Shown here: positions 28,546 to 37,209 of the stretch, piece by piece
Layout: every line of letters begins with the position of its first letter
Numbering within the stretch: the first letter of the stretch is position 1
Assembly (NCBI GenBank): GCA_963787445.1
Contig: CAWBCT010000005.1
Span: 128,001 to 192,000 of the forward strand
DNA length: 64,000 nt
Reading direction: 5' to 3'
Origin: an uncultured archaeon
GTDB lineage: Archaea; Micrarchaeota; Micrarchaeia; Micrarchaeales; CABMGC01
The notes under the pieces: model-generated
Database searches by the model: none
The model's input: the letters and a program-made list of their open reading frames with translations, nothing else
Told to the model about the DNA's origin: nothing
Translations under genes and position numbers: made by a program

Positions 28546-29067
28546 ATGCCAGTGTCAGTCATGAAGAACACCGATCAACGGAGAGCATTGGCACTCGCGT
28601 TAAGGTATCAAAAGCGTTTTCCAGGCATAGTTGAAGGGGAGAGAGTCGAAGGTAGGATAGCCCCTGAGAAGAGAGCTGATTTTATAAAAGAATTTGCGAG
28701 GATAATGATAGATGATTCACGTTTGAGGGAAATCCTATTTGATCCAGCAGAATCGGACGGGTCAAAGAAGATCATGATAGCTGCACACGTGGTGGGAAAG
28801 AATGAGTTCTCATTAACCAAGGCGGTCCGGGAGCTTAGGCAACTTGCCAGTCGCTTGTGCTTTGAGGGCGGAGGAGGTTACGAGGAACGGCAAGCTGACA
28901 TTTTAAGGCTCGCATCAATTAGAAAACTGAGCCCTGAGAAGAGTGAAATATTTCAACGTGAGATGCACCATGCTGTGAGTTGCTCTTCAGTTATTCTATG
29001 CGGCCCAATTGGGGGAGCTTCGTGGCATCTCGAAAAAGAGATCGAAGCCCACGAAGAACCTATTTAG
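28546..29067 (+). CDS. Hypothetical protein
   Basis: ORF with GTGA-ATG start and TATATATCTG upstream; no recognised motif. Confidence 0.6.
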   Translation: MPVSVMKNTDQRRALALALRYQKRFPGIVEGERVEGRIAPEKRADFIKEFARIMIDDSRLREILFDPAESDGSKKIMIAAHVVGKNEFSLTKAVRELRQLASRLCFEGGGGYEERQADILRLASIRKLSPEKSEIFQREMHHAVSCSSVILCGPIGGASWHLEKEIEAHEEPI

Positions 29068-29095
29068 TTCATTTCTGCCCTATTATAGTGTTTAG

Positions 29096-29875
29096 ATGGC
29101 AATAGTATCAGAGCTGAAGAAGTTCCACATGGTGCGCTTCGAATCCATCATAAAGCGCTGCCCGTTCTGCCTAAAGGACACCGAACAGGGCGCCTATTAC
29201 GTCCAGAAACCCGACCTTAGCGTCACGGTTGCAACAAATACCAATCCTCCAGTGACCATGAAAGTGCACCAGGAGATACCCCATCAGTACTCCTGGGACG
29301 TAATGGCCCTGTGCACAGAATGCAACATGATCTACCGGATCAGCGGCATCCCGATGATGAAGACACGAGAAATCCCTCCGGGAGCAAAGGATGAGACTGT
29401 TAAGCTGGGGCTCGCCTGCTGCGATATCTGCAACATGCTCTATGGCCGCTACAGGGTAGGTGAAACGTTCATAAGGGTAACTGGATTCGGGCACGTCTAC
29501 CTCTGCGAGGAGCACGCCAAAGAGGTTGAGGCCAAGAAAGGCAAGGATGAGGATTACAAAGAGCTTATCAAGCTGCTCAAGGAGTGGAGCAAAGACGGGG
29601 AGCTGCCGGACGCCCTGAAGATTAATGACCAGATAGTGATAGTGAGAGAGCTCGGAGGCGCTACAAAAGAGGTCCTGAACCTTCTGAAGAAGGATAAAGC
29701 CCAGAGCGGTGCTATTGAGAAAGCAATCGCAAAGACTAGCTCGAAGCACTCGCCAGAGTGGTGTATATTCTACTTGAAAGGAGCCGGACTGGTTGAAGAA
29801 AAGCAGGAGGGAATAATGCGGAAGAGGGTTCTTTCCGTAACCGACCAGGGTAGGGCTGTCGCTGAGAAACTTTAA
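29096..29875 (+). CDS. Zn-finger protein with C-terminal wHTH-like segment
   Basis: CPFC..CTEC, CDIC..CEEH; C-terminal YLKGAGLVEE..LSVTDQGR. Confidence 0.7.
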   Translation: MAIVSELKKFHMVRFESIIKRCPFCLKDTEQGAYYVQKPDLSVTVATNTNPPVTMKVHQEIPHQYSWDVMALCTECNMIYRISGIPMMKTREIPPGAKDETVKLGLACCDICNMLYGRYRVGETFIRVTGFGHVYLCEEHAKEVEAKKGKDEDYKELIKLLKEWSKDGELPDALKINDQIVIVRELGGATKEVLNLLKKDKAQSGAIEKAIAKTSSKHSPEWCIFYLKGAGLVEEKQEGIMRKRVLSVTDQGRAVAEKL

Positions 29876-29888
29876 TTTTCCAGCACAA

Positions 29889-30584
29889 TTATGCAGCCGG
29901 CTTGGGTGGAGCCCTGTGAATAGGTGCAGACAGGCCGTCCTGTGGAGGCCTGTTGCTGACGCTTGCAGCCGCGATGCTCTTAGGTATCGCCACCTGCTTG
30001 ACTACGCGGTCAGGGAACTTCGTTCCTGGCTGCACTATTCGGACAGTAATTCCGATTGCACCATACTTTGGATAGGCAGCTACCTTTGCCTCATCCACGA
30101 ACCTAGTTGAATTTCCAGACTTAGGAAGGTAACCCAATCTAACCTTCATCTTCTTTGCGCGTGCGCCCTTTGCGGCGAGCTTGCCCTTTGCAATTATCTC
30201 TGCGCCCAGTGCTCCGTTCTGCATTATCTCCTTGATTGCCGTGTGAATCAGCCTTCTCGGGTTTATTCCCCTCTCGAGGGAGTTGACGATCGACTTTGCG
30301 ACGAGCCTTGGCTCGAGCTTCGGGTTCGCGACATCGGCGACGCTGATCTGCGGGTTGTCGAGCTTGAACCTGGACTTCATCGTCGCCGTCAGGGAGTCAA
30401 TGGTCTCTCCGCCGCGTCCGATGACACGGCCCGGGTTCATTACATAGGGAGTGATACGTGTTATGACCGGCGTCTTCTGGATGTCGACTCTTGAGAAGCC
30501 CGCCTTCGTGAGCGCCTTTTCCATGTACTTTGAGATGCGTCTCTTGACTATTAGATCCTCTATGAATTTTCTTTCTACTACCAT
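29889..30584 (-). CDS. rps3: 30S ribosomal protein S3
   Basis: PGRVIGRGG KH motif, GALGAEI..GKL, GAIGITVRI. Confidence 0.96.
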   Translation of the reverse strand: MVVERKFIEDLIVKRRISKYMEKALTKAGFSRVDIQKTPVITRITPYVMNPGRVIGRGGETIDSLTATMKSRFKLDNPQISVADVANPKLEPRLVAKSIVNSLERGINPRRLIHTAIKEIMQNGALGAEIIAKGKLAAKGARAKKMKVRLGYLPKSGNSTRFVDEAKVAAYPKYGAIGITVRIVQPGTKFPDRVVKQVAIPKSIAAASVSNRPPQDGLSAPIHRAPPKPAA

Positions 30585-30588
30585 TGAC

Positions 30589-31251
30589 TCACGTTGTTGC
30601 TGTTGCCTCTATTACCTTTTTCTCTGCCGGCTTTGGAGCCTCCTTCTTGGGCGCTGCCTTCTTCTCTACCTTCTTCGGCTCTTTCTTCTTTGAAGCCTTC
30701 TCGATTGCGTCGGAGAAGTTCGTCTTCTTCTTTAGGAAGTGCTTCATGTTAACCGTCAATGCCTTGTCCGTCGGGTCCGCGAGTCCGATCTCTATCTTTG
30801 CGTACTCGATGTCGCTGTGCATCATCGCAGACTGCCCGTACATGCCGCGGCCCCAGGAGATTCCTCCCTTGGACGGCTGCCTTCTTACTATGTTTGTCTT
30901 GTTGGCGCTTGCATGGATTATGATCATCTCCTCCCCGCTCATCATCTTATTGTTGGCGTTTGCAATCGCGTTGACGAGGGTCGTGCGTACCTCTGCCGCG
31001 GCCTTTCTCGGATAGGATCCCTTCTTTCCTCCGAGCTCGTGCCTTGCGCCCATGTGCTTGCTGTGCCTCCTGAACTCTATGGGCCGCTCCATCTTTGTGA
31101 TCTGGTCAAGAAGAACGAGAGCAGCGCTTGCGCGCATGTAGCGAATCGCGGTGCAGACTGCGCCGAGCTGCTTGTAGCTCGCGTTGATGTCCTTGCGCAA
31201 TGCGAAGGCCATGCCCTGTTTGTCAGTCTTGAGGTTGAACGAATAATCCAT
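30589..31251 (-). CDS. rpl22: 50S ribosomal protein L22 with Lys-rich tail
   Basis: INASYK, GSYPRKAA, NAIANA; position in cluster. Confidence 0.93.
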   Translation of the reverse strand: MDYSFNLKTDKQGMAFALRKDINASYKQLGAVCTAIRYMRASAALVLLDQITKMERPIEFRRHSKHMGARHELGGKKGSYPRKAAAEVRTTLVNAIANANNKMMSGEEMIIIHASANKTNIVRRQPSKGGISWGRGMYGQSAMMHSDIEYAKIEIGLADPTDKALTVNMKHFLKKKTNFSDAIEKASKKKEPKKVEKKAAPKKEAPKPAEKKVIEATATT

Positions 31252-31643
31252 TACTTCACCGCTAGGAACTTGCTTCCGCGTGTAGCCCTGACTCCTGGAG
31301 CCGAGTGCTGTACGCGCTTCGTCGTGAATGAGAACTCGCCGAGCCTGTGCCCTAGCATCTCCTCAGTTATGACCATCTCCTTGAACTCCTTTCCGTTGTG
31401 AACTCCGAACTTCATGCCTAACCAGCTCGGCAGTATTACCGCTTCGCGCGTGTCTGTCTTGATTGTCTTCGTGCTGCCTTCCTTCTGCGCCGTGTTTACC
31501 TTCTCGACCAGGCGCTTGTAGCTCAGGCCCATCCGCTTGTAGGCCCGGCGCTGGCGTGAGGTGAGCATCTGGAGGTACTGATCCATCGTCAGCTTCTTTA
31601 CCTCCTCGCCCGTCTTGCCTCTAAATGTGTAGATACGTGCCAT
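31251..31643 (-). CDS. rps19: 30S ribosomal protein S19
   Basis: HNGKEF, MLGHRLGEFS.T, PGVRATRGSKF. Confidence 0.96.
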   Translation of the reverse strand: MARIYTFRGKTGEEVKKLTMDQYLQMLTSRQRRAYKRMGLSYKRLVEKVNTAQKEGSTKTIKTDTREAVILPSWLGMKFGVHNGKEFKEMVITEEMLGHRLGEFSFTTKRVQHSAPGVRATRGSKFLAVK

Positions 31644-31647
31644 AGCT

Positions 31648-32361
31648 TCATCTCTTCCTTCTTCCTACCCTGCTTGCCGCAATGTGCCCGACCTTTCCTC
31701 CAGGCGGCGTGTTTCTCGACATCATGCTCGAGGCACCCTTGTGGTGCTGCTTGCCTCCGAATGGGTGGTCCACCGGGTTCATCTTTACTCCCCTGTTGAC
31801 CGGCCAGGTCCTGTTGACCGCGTGCTTCATGTAGTGGGCCTTTCCCGCCTTCATGATTGGCTTGGTCCTTGCTCCGCCTCCTGCAACTGATCCGATCGCC
31901 GCCCGACACTCTCTGCTCAGGTCGATCGTCTGCTTGGAAGGCATTGAAAGCGTGACTGTGTTCTGCGTGTGCGCGATGACTGTTGAGTAGGATCCTGCTG
32001 CCCTTGTGAATTTGCCACCGTCGTTGGGCCTTGACTCAATATTGTAAACCGGCATTCCATCAGGTATGTCACCTAGCTGCAGTACGCTGCCGAGTGTTAT
32101 CTCTGCGCCCTTGCCCTCATGGACTCTGTCTCCTATCTTAATTCCTTCCGGAGCGAGCTGCACTGACTCTGTGAAATCATCATACCTTACCTTCATCAAC
32201 GGGGCGGTGTGGCCAGGGTCGTCAATGAACTCGATGACCTCTCCGGTTATCTTTCCGGTCCTGCGACTAACGTGCATGACGTCTGCCTTGAAGTAGTTTG
32301 GCGCCTTTGTGTACGCCAGGCTGCCCTTACCACGCCGCTGTTGTTTTAGTCGTTTTCCCAT
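31648..32361 (-). CDS. rpl2: 50S ribosomal protein L2
   Basis: MGKRLKQQRRGKG, DPGHTAP, MNPVDHPFGG. Confidence 0.96.
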   Translation of the reverse strand: MGKRLKQQRRGKGSLAYTKAPNYFKADVMHVSRRTGKITGEVIEFIDDPGHTAPLMKVRYDDFTESVQLAPEGIKIGDRVHEGKGAEITLGSVLQLGDIPDGMPVYNIESRPNDGGKFTRAAGSYSTVIAHTQNTVTLSMPSKQTIDLSRECRAAIGSVAGGGARTKPIMKAGKAHYMKHAVNRTWPVNRGVKMNPVDHPFGGKQHHKGASSMMSRNTPPGGKVGHIAASRVGRRKR

Positions 32362-32370
32362 TTTCTAACC

Positions 32371-32622
32371 TTATACCAATTTCAGCTTCTTCGCCACATC
32401 CGAGGCGAGAAACTCCTTCTTCAACTTTATGTAGGCGCGCTTGCTGTTCTTTGTGGAGACCATCGTGTTGACGCTCTGCACCTTCACGTTGAACATCTGC
32501 TCAAAGTCCCTCTTTATCGCCTTCTTGTCGGCAGCCAGGGAGACGACGTATATTATCGTGTTCTCCCTCTCCGCCAGGTTGAGCGCCTTTTCGGTTGCTA
32601 TTGGATATTGAAGTGCTTCCAT
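32371..32622 (-). CDS. rpl23: 50S ribosomal protein L23
   Basis: P..TEKA, FNVKVQSVNT, KRAYIKL. Confidence 0.95.
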   Translation of the reverse strand: MEALQYPIATEKALNLAERENTIIYVVSLAADKKAIKRDFEQMFNVKVQSVNTMVSTKNSKRAYIKLKKEFLASDVAKKLKLV

Positions 32623-32626
32623 CTGA

Positions 32627-33415
32627 TCATTCCTTCTTGAGCTGTTCCTCTATCGACTCTACTGCGGACTTGCTCCACAGCATTAGTCTTGGCTTTGCGC
32701 CTGGCGCAAGCTTGCTTATCTTAAGCGAGTTCAGGCTGACTACGTCGACGCCCGGGATGTTCCTTCCTGCTTTCTCGACCTTGCTCTCTCCCTTCGTAAC
32801 TATAAGCACGCTGTTCCTGAAGTGGCGCTTGTTCGCCTTTCTTGCAACTCCTTTTCTGAGCGTTGGCTTGTGTGAGCGCTCCAGGTCTGCTGAAAGTCCA
32901 AGCGAGTCGAGAACCTTTATAAGCTCTGAGGCCTTGGCGATGTGCTCGATCTTGTCGTCAATTACCAGGGGTGTCTTCTTGTCGAATGTGTGTCTCTGCG
33001 TTATAAGTGCCGTGTCTGCTGATCCCGCGACCGCGCATTGAATTGCCAGGTTGTACTCCTTCTTGTTTATCCTCTCCTCAAGCCTCTTCCAGACCTTGTG
33101 CGGGTGGGCTCTCCTTCCCTTTACTGAAGACGGGATACGCCTTACGTCTCCCATTGCCCCTCCTCCGAGCTTCTGGCGAGGCCTTATGGCGATACCCATG
33201 TGCCTTCCACGTCGGTATCCGCTGTACTTTCCTACGTAAATAGCAGTTGTGTGAAGTCCTGCAAGAGGGCTGTGTCCCTGAGGCTGGTACTCCATGGACT
33301 GCTCGCTGAGAAGAGCCCTCCTGACGAGGTCCTCTCGGAACTCGTGAGAGAAGACATGCGGCAAGGTAATCTTGCCCGAAACATGCCCGTCCAATCCGTA
33401 AATATCAGCTTCCAT
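32627..33415 (-). CDS. rpl4: 50S ribosomal protein L4
   Basis: LPHVF..FREDLV, GRRAHPHK, RNIPGVDV, LAPGAKPRL. Confidence 0.95.
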   Translation of the reverse strand: MEADIYGLDGHVSGKITLPHVFSHEFREDLVRRALLSEQSMEYQPQGHSPLAGLHTTAIYVGKYSGYRRGRHMGIAIRPRQKLGGGAMGDVRRIPSSVKGRRAHPHKVWKRLEERINKKEYNLAIQCAVAGSADTALITQRHTFDKKTPLVIDDKIEHIAKASELIKVLDSLGLSADLERSHKPTLRKGVARKANKRHFRNSVLIVTKGESKVEKAGRNIPGVDVVSLNSLKISKLAPGAKPRLMLWSKSAVESIEEQLKKE

Positions 33416-33421
33416 TTAATA

Positions 33422-34381
33422 TCACTGTTTTGATGCCAGGGAGATGTAGCTAACCACCGGCGGCTTTCCTCCTGCCGTCGGTCGAAGCGCCTTTCTCAAT
33501 CTAACGAGTCTCTTCGGAGAGCCAGGGATGGTTCCGTCGACGACCAGATAGTCGTTCTTTATCAGTCCATATCGGACATATCCGCCCTTCACGTTGATCG
33601 CTGCTGCTTCCTGCGGCGTTCCCACTTTGAGCACGCGCTTGTTTATCTCAGTGCGATAGTTGTAACCTTTGTGACCCGAGTGAGGGACTCCGAAGAGAAC
33701 CTTGGGCGGGTGCCAAGCTCCAAGAGTACCAACGTGGCGAACCTTTCCTGTCGCCTTGCGGTACTGCCTCGATACTCCGAACCTCTTTATGACTCCTGCC
33801 CAACCCTTGCCCTTGCTGATGCTTGAAACGTCAATGTAATCTCCTGCCTTGATGAAGTTCGCTACCTTGAGCTCCTTTCCGATGTGGCTCTCAATGAATC
33901 CGAACCTTTCTGTCGCGTTCTTGCCGCCGACGTGAATCTCGAAGCGCATTATCTTCTTGTTTGCAAAGCCGAGATTTTCTGGGTCCAAGTAAGCGAGCAT
34001 TGTGACATCAATCATGTTTGCCAAGTCGTTCTTGAACGCATTGATGTCATTCTTCTTCGCCTTCTTTATTCCGACGTTAGCTGCAAGCGCCATGTCGTAG
34101 GCCTCTCCCGCGACCGTCTTGTAAGATGAGTAGGAGTTCTTGTAGAATCGCGCCCCGTAGACGAAAATCCTCGGTATCTCAAGAACGGTTACTGCACGTG
34201 CAACCTCGGTTCCCTTTGCAGGAGACTCGCTGTCGTCAGTCATCATAACGTGGGTCATGCCCACCTTGAATGCCGCAAAGCTCAGCAGGCTTGCCTCGTT
34301 CACTACAGGCGTGCTGCGAACGCGCGGCATCTGCTTTATTGCGCGCCTATGCGGCCAATACTCCAGTGAACCTTTTCTCAT
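33422..34381 (-). CDS. rpl3: 50S ribosomal protein L3
   Basis: KGSLEYWPHRRA, KVGMTH, KGKGWAGVIKRFG, GYNYRTEINK. Confidence 0.96.
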   Translation of the reverse strand: MRKGSLEYWPHRRAIKQMPRVRSTPVVNEASLLSFAAFKVGMTHVMMTDDSESPAKGTEVARAVTVLEIPRIFVYGARFYKNSYSSYKTVAGEAYDMALAANVGIKKAKKNDINAFKNDLANMIDVTMLAYLDPENLGFANKKIMRFEIHVGGKNATERFGFIESHIGKELKVANFIKAGDYIDVSSISKGKGWAGVIKRFGVSRQYRKATGKVRHVGTLGAWHPPKVLFGVPHSGHKGYNYRTEINKRVLKVGTPQEAAAINVKGGYVRYGLIKNDYLVVDGTIPGSPKRLVRLRKALRPTAGGKPPVVSYISLASKQ

Positions 34382-34389
34382 CTACAGAC

Positions 34390-34656
34390 CTATTTGTGTG
34401 TTTTTGCGCTTAGCGCTTCCTTTTTCTGCTGCGCATCGAGCATCCTCACGACGCTGTCCACCACCGTGAGCTGGCGTATCACGCTGCCCATGGAGGTGAG
34501 AAGCGCCTTGTGGTCCGATGCGGTGAAGTGTGTGGTGAACCCGTTCTTTGAGTTCTGAATCTGAGCCTCAGCGTTCTGGTACTCGAGGTGCTTTCCGATG
34601 ACTCCTGAGTAGTCGAAGCCGCTGCCCAATTCAATTGTTATCGATGCTGATGGCAT
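34390..34656 (-). CDS. pcc1: Probable KEOPS complex subunit Pcc1
   Basis: 88 aa, F.ASD..AL..SM.SV.R.L pattern; lies next to rpl15e. Confidence 0.55.
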   Translation of the reverse strand: MPSASITIELGSGFDYSGVIGKHLEYQNAEAQIQNSKNGFTTHFTASDHKALLTSMGSVIRQLTVVDSVVRMLDAQQKKEALSAKTHK

Positions 34657-34664
34657 GTTGAAAC

Positions 34665-35243
34665 CTATACTACCTTTATGCCCCTGTGGGATGCGCGCAC
34701 GCTTGGCCTGTTTCCTTCAGTGCCCTTGCCCTTGATGCGCATTCCGCGGTGCTTCAGTCCGGCGCTGGTAAGGCCCCTGTAGGAACGGCCCTTCATGGAT
34801 GCGATGCCGGCATACTGCGGGTCCGCAAGCACTGCACCATGGGCCCTGTCCAATAGGATGACCTCGAAGTAGCGGAACTTTCCGTCCTCCCCGATATAAT
34901 ATGAATTTAATACTTCAGAATTAGTGTAAACGCGCGCAGCACGATCCTCAGCGATCGCCTGCAATGACTTCCTGTAGGAGAAGAAACGACCGCTCTTGGA
35001 CGGCTTCCTTCCTCCCGCCGCCTTTTCGCGCTTCGTCATTCCCTTGATTGTCCTTATCCTTGCTACGATGACTCCCTGCTTTGCCTTGTATCCGAGCTCC
35101 CTTGCGCGGGCGATATTCGTTGGCCCAGGCAGCCTTACTATGCTGTCCTGCTTCCTCCACTCCGCAACTCTGCCTCGAAGGGCCTCGCTGCGCTCGCTGT
35201 AGGAATGCTGGAAGTTTTCCTTTATGTATTTGTATGCGCCCAT
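34665..35243 (-). CDS. rpl15e: 50S ribosomal protein L15e
   Basis: MGAYKYI, RARELGYKAKQG, EVLNSY, RGLTSAG; GGTGT-4nt-ATG. Confidence 0.96.
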   Translation of the reverse strand: MGAYKYIKENFQHSYSERSEALRGRVAEWRKQDSIVRLPGPTNIARARELGYKAKQGVIVARIRTIKGMTKREKAAGGRKPSKSGRFFSYRKSLQAIAEDRAARVYTNSEVLNSYYIGEDGKFRYFEVILLDRAHGAVLADPQYAGIASMKGRSYRGLTSAGLKHRGMRIKGKGTEGNRPSVRASHRGIKVV

Positions 35244-35346
35244 CGGGACACCGAATGCTGATGCTAACGTTAATATTCTAAGAGCTTGTGCAGTCCGCCG
35301 CAAACGCGAATCAGGACGACTTACCTTAAGCCACGTCGAATGGCTT
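35244..35346 (-). promoter_or_regulatory. Structured 5' leader of the rpl15e operon
   Basis: Hairpins AAGCCA..UGGCUU and GUCC..CGC-guuu-GCG..GGAC, plus CAUC..GCA-uucg-GUGU..GAUG covering SD and AUG. Confidence 0.5.
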
Positions 35347-35433
35347 TAGAATGAGTTAAAATATACCTCAATTAATTTAAATACCTATCGCTTACGTATA
35401 TTCGTAATCAATGCGGGCTTAAAGTTGACTGAT

Positions 35434-35919
35434 ATGAGTGACAAGAAATTCATGAAAGCAGCCATAAAAGAGGCAATGAAGGCCTTCGCTAAGGGAGATT
35501 ATGGCATTGGTGCAGTGATAGTGAAGGATGGCAAGATAATAGCAAGGGCCGGAGAGACGCTGAAGTCCAAGCCAGATCCGGTCAACGGCCATGCGGAGAT
35601 AGGCGCCATACGAAAAGCCTGCAGGAAGTTGAAAAGAGGTTATGTTGAAGGAGGAACTATTTACTCAACACATGAGCCTTGTCCCATGTGCACAACGGCA
35701 GTTTACTGGGCAAAAATCGCAAAGATAGTTTATGGTGTGAGCAGACAGGATATGATTGAACACATGAAATCGAAAGGAAATCGGCAGTTTTCCTGGAGAC
35801 AAATAGACATCTCATGTAAGGAAATACTGGATAAGTCTACCCCCAACTTAAACATAGAAATTATGTCAGACTTCATGAAGGATGAGTGTCTGAAGCTTTT
35901 AGATTTGGAACAACATTAG
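35434..35919 (+). CDS. Zn-dependent nucleoside/tRNA deaminase (CDA/TadA-like)
   Basis: HAE and EPCPMC motifs. Confidence 0.88.
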   Translation: MSDKKFMKAAIKEAMKAFAKGDYGIGAVIVKDGKIIARAGETLKSKPDPVNGHAEIGAIRKACRKLKRGYVEGGTIYSTHEPCPMCTTAVYWAKIAKIVYGVSRQDMIEHMKSKGNRQFSWRQIDISCKEILDKSTPNLNIEIMSDFMKDECLKLLDLEQH

Positions 35920-37097
35920 TTTCCAGATTGAACTATTTTTGCAACTCCCTTTAGGTAAAGATAGAGTGCGGCGTACATCGGCAGCTCGACGGTGTAGTCC
36001 TGATATGGTCCGAAGGTCTCACCTTTCATAACCAGCGACTTTGGCGTGGTTGCCTTGACCTTCATCCTCTCACGGGAAAAGACTATTGCCCCGGAGAGGG
36101 GGTCAAAGGCGGTTAGCTCCGAGGCGCTTATCTGTTTCGCAAGAAGGCCGGTCTCGCCGTGTATGGTATTATGAAGCCTTATCAGGTGCATCGGGTCTCG
36201 GGTGACGTTCTTGTCGATTTTGTCGCTCTGGGCCACGGCGTGGGCCTTTATCAGCTCAGTCCAGAAGGCCTCCTTGTCCTTTATGTAGACCATGTCCCAG
36301 TTCCCGTTGTTTATGCCCATCTCGATAAGCGCGCGCTTTTTATAGAGGTTCCTTGCGGTCGCCTTGTTTATCCCCTGGGCAACAAGATGGTCTACCCCCA
36401 ATTCAAGATCTTTTATGACACCCTGCGCAATCTTTCCCGACCAGCCAGGGTCTGCAGGTTTTGGTCCCGAAAGCCTCTTTATTCGACTGCCGCTGCCTAT
36501 CTCCTCTTCCCTAAAGAACTGGTCAAAGGTGACACCGGTGCCTGCGATATAGTCGCTTATCTCCTTTCTGGCATTCGCATCGAGAGTCAGAACAGATTCC
36601 CGGTTAATGTGCACGTGGTAGCCGCGGTTGCCGCTGAAGTTTATCGCTATCTCCCCCTTGGAGAAGCCGAAGTCGGGGATAAGGAATTCCTCTATCAGCT
36701 TTATTGTCTCATTTTTCACGCTGTCGAGGCATATCCTGCAAACCCATGAGGTGCCGTGCTCCTTTTGGCAGGGGAGCTTCATATCTGTCGCATCAAGGTC
36801 AAAAACAAGTTCCGCGCCGGTCCAGATCTTGTTCTCCATGGGCCTGAAGCTCGGGTGTTTGTAATATCCGGCAGAGTACGAGATAAACGGAGGGGCCTTC
36901 TCAACAAGGTAGTTCTTAAGCTCGGCATGGGTCTTGAACTCTAAATGCCTGAACCGTATCTTGGTTTCGTAGTCTCCAACGCCAAACTCGCGCTGGTCTG
37001 ACCGGTCAGGCGCTATCGTGGCGGGATTCTGACGCACATAGTACTCGCTAATCATCTTCGTGACAAGTTGGTTGCCCTGCTCGCGAGTAAGCTCCAG
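35916..37097 (-). CDS. priS: DNA primase small (catalytic) subunit; start uncertain (CTG 37097, or an internal ATG)
   Basis: QREFG, ELVFDLDA, FSGNRGYHVH, IDKNVT.DP.HLIRL..TIHG.TG. Confidence 0.93.
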   Translation of the reverse strand: MELTREQGNQLVTKMISEYYVRQNPATIAPDRSDQREFGVGDYETKIRFRHLEFKTHAELKNYLVEKAPPFISYSAGYYKHPSFRPMENKIWTGAELVFDLDATDMKLPCQKEHGTSWVCRICLDSVKNETIKLIEEFLIPDFGFSKGEIAINFSGNRGYHVHINRESVLTLDANARKEISDYIAGTGVTFDQFFREEEIGSGSRIKRLSGPKPADPGWSGKIAQGVIKDLELGVDHLVAQGINKATARNLYKKRALIEMGINNGNWDMVYIKDKEAFWTELIKAHAVAQSDKIDKNVTRDPMHLIRLHNTIHGETGLLAKQISASELTAFDPLSGAIVFSRERMKVKATTPKSLVMKGETFGPYQDYTVELPMYAALYLYLKGVAKIVQSGN

Positions 37098-37209
37098 AAT
37101 TTCACCATATACCCTATCTCTTAGAGGGTTTTTATCCTTTCTCTTGAAAATCGAGATTTTCACACGGAAGTTTTAAATATCTAGGAAAAGAGCAATATCT
37201 TCTGATTAA

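Noticed and set aside
30584-31015. Plus-strand hydrophobic ORF
   Set aside because: It is antisense to the Lys-rich tail of rpl22.
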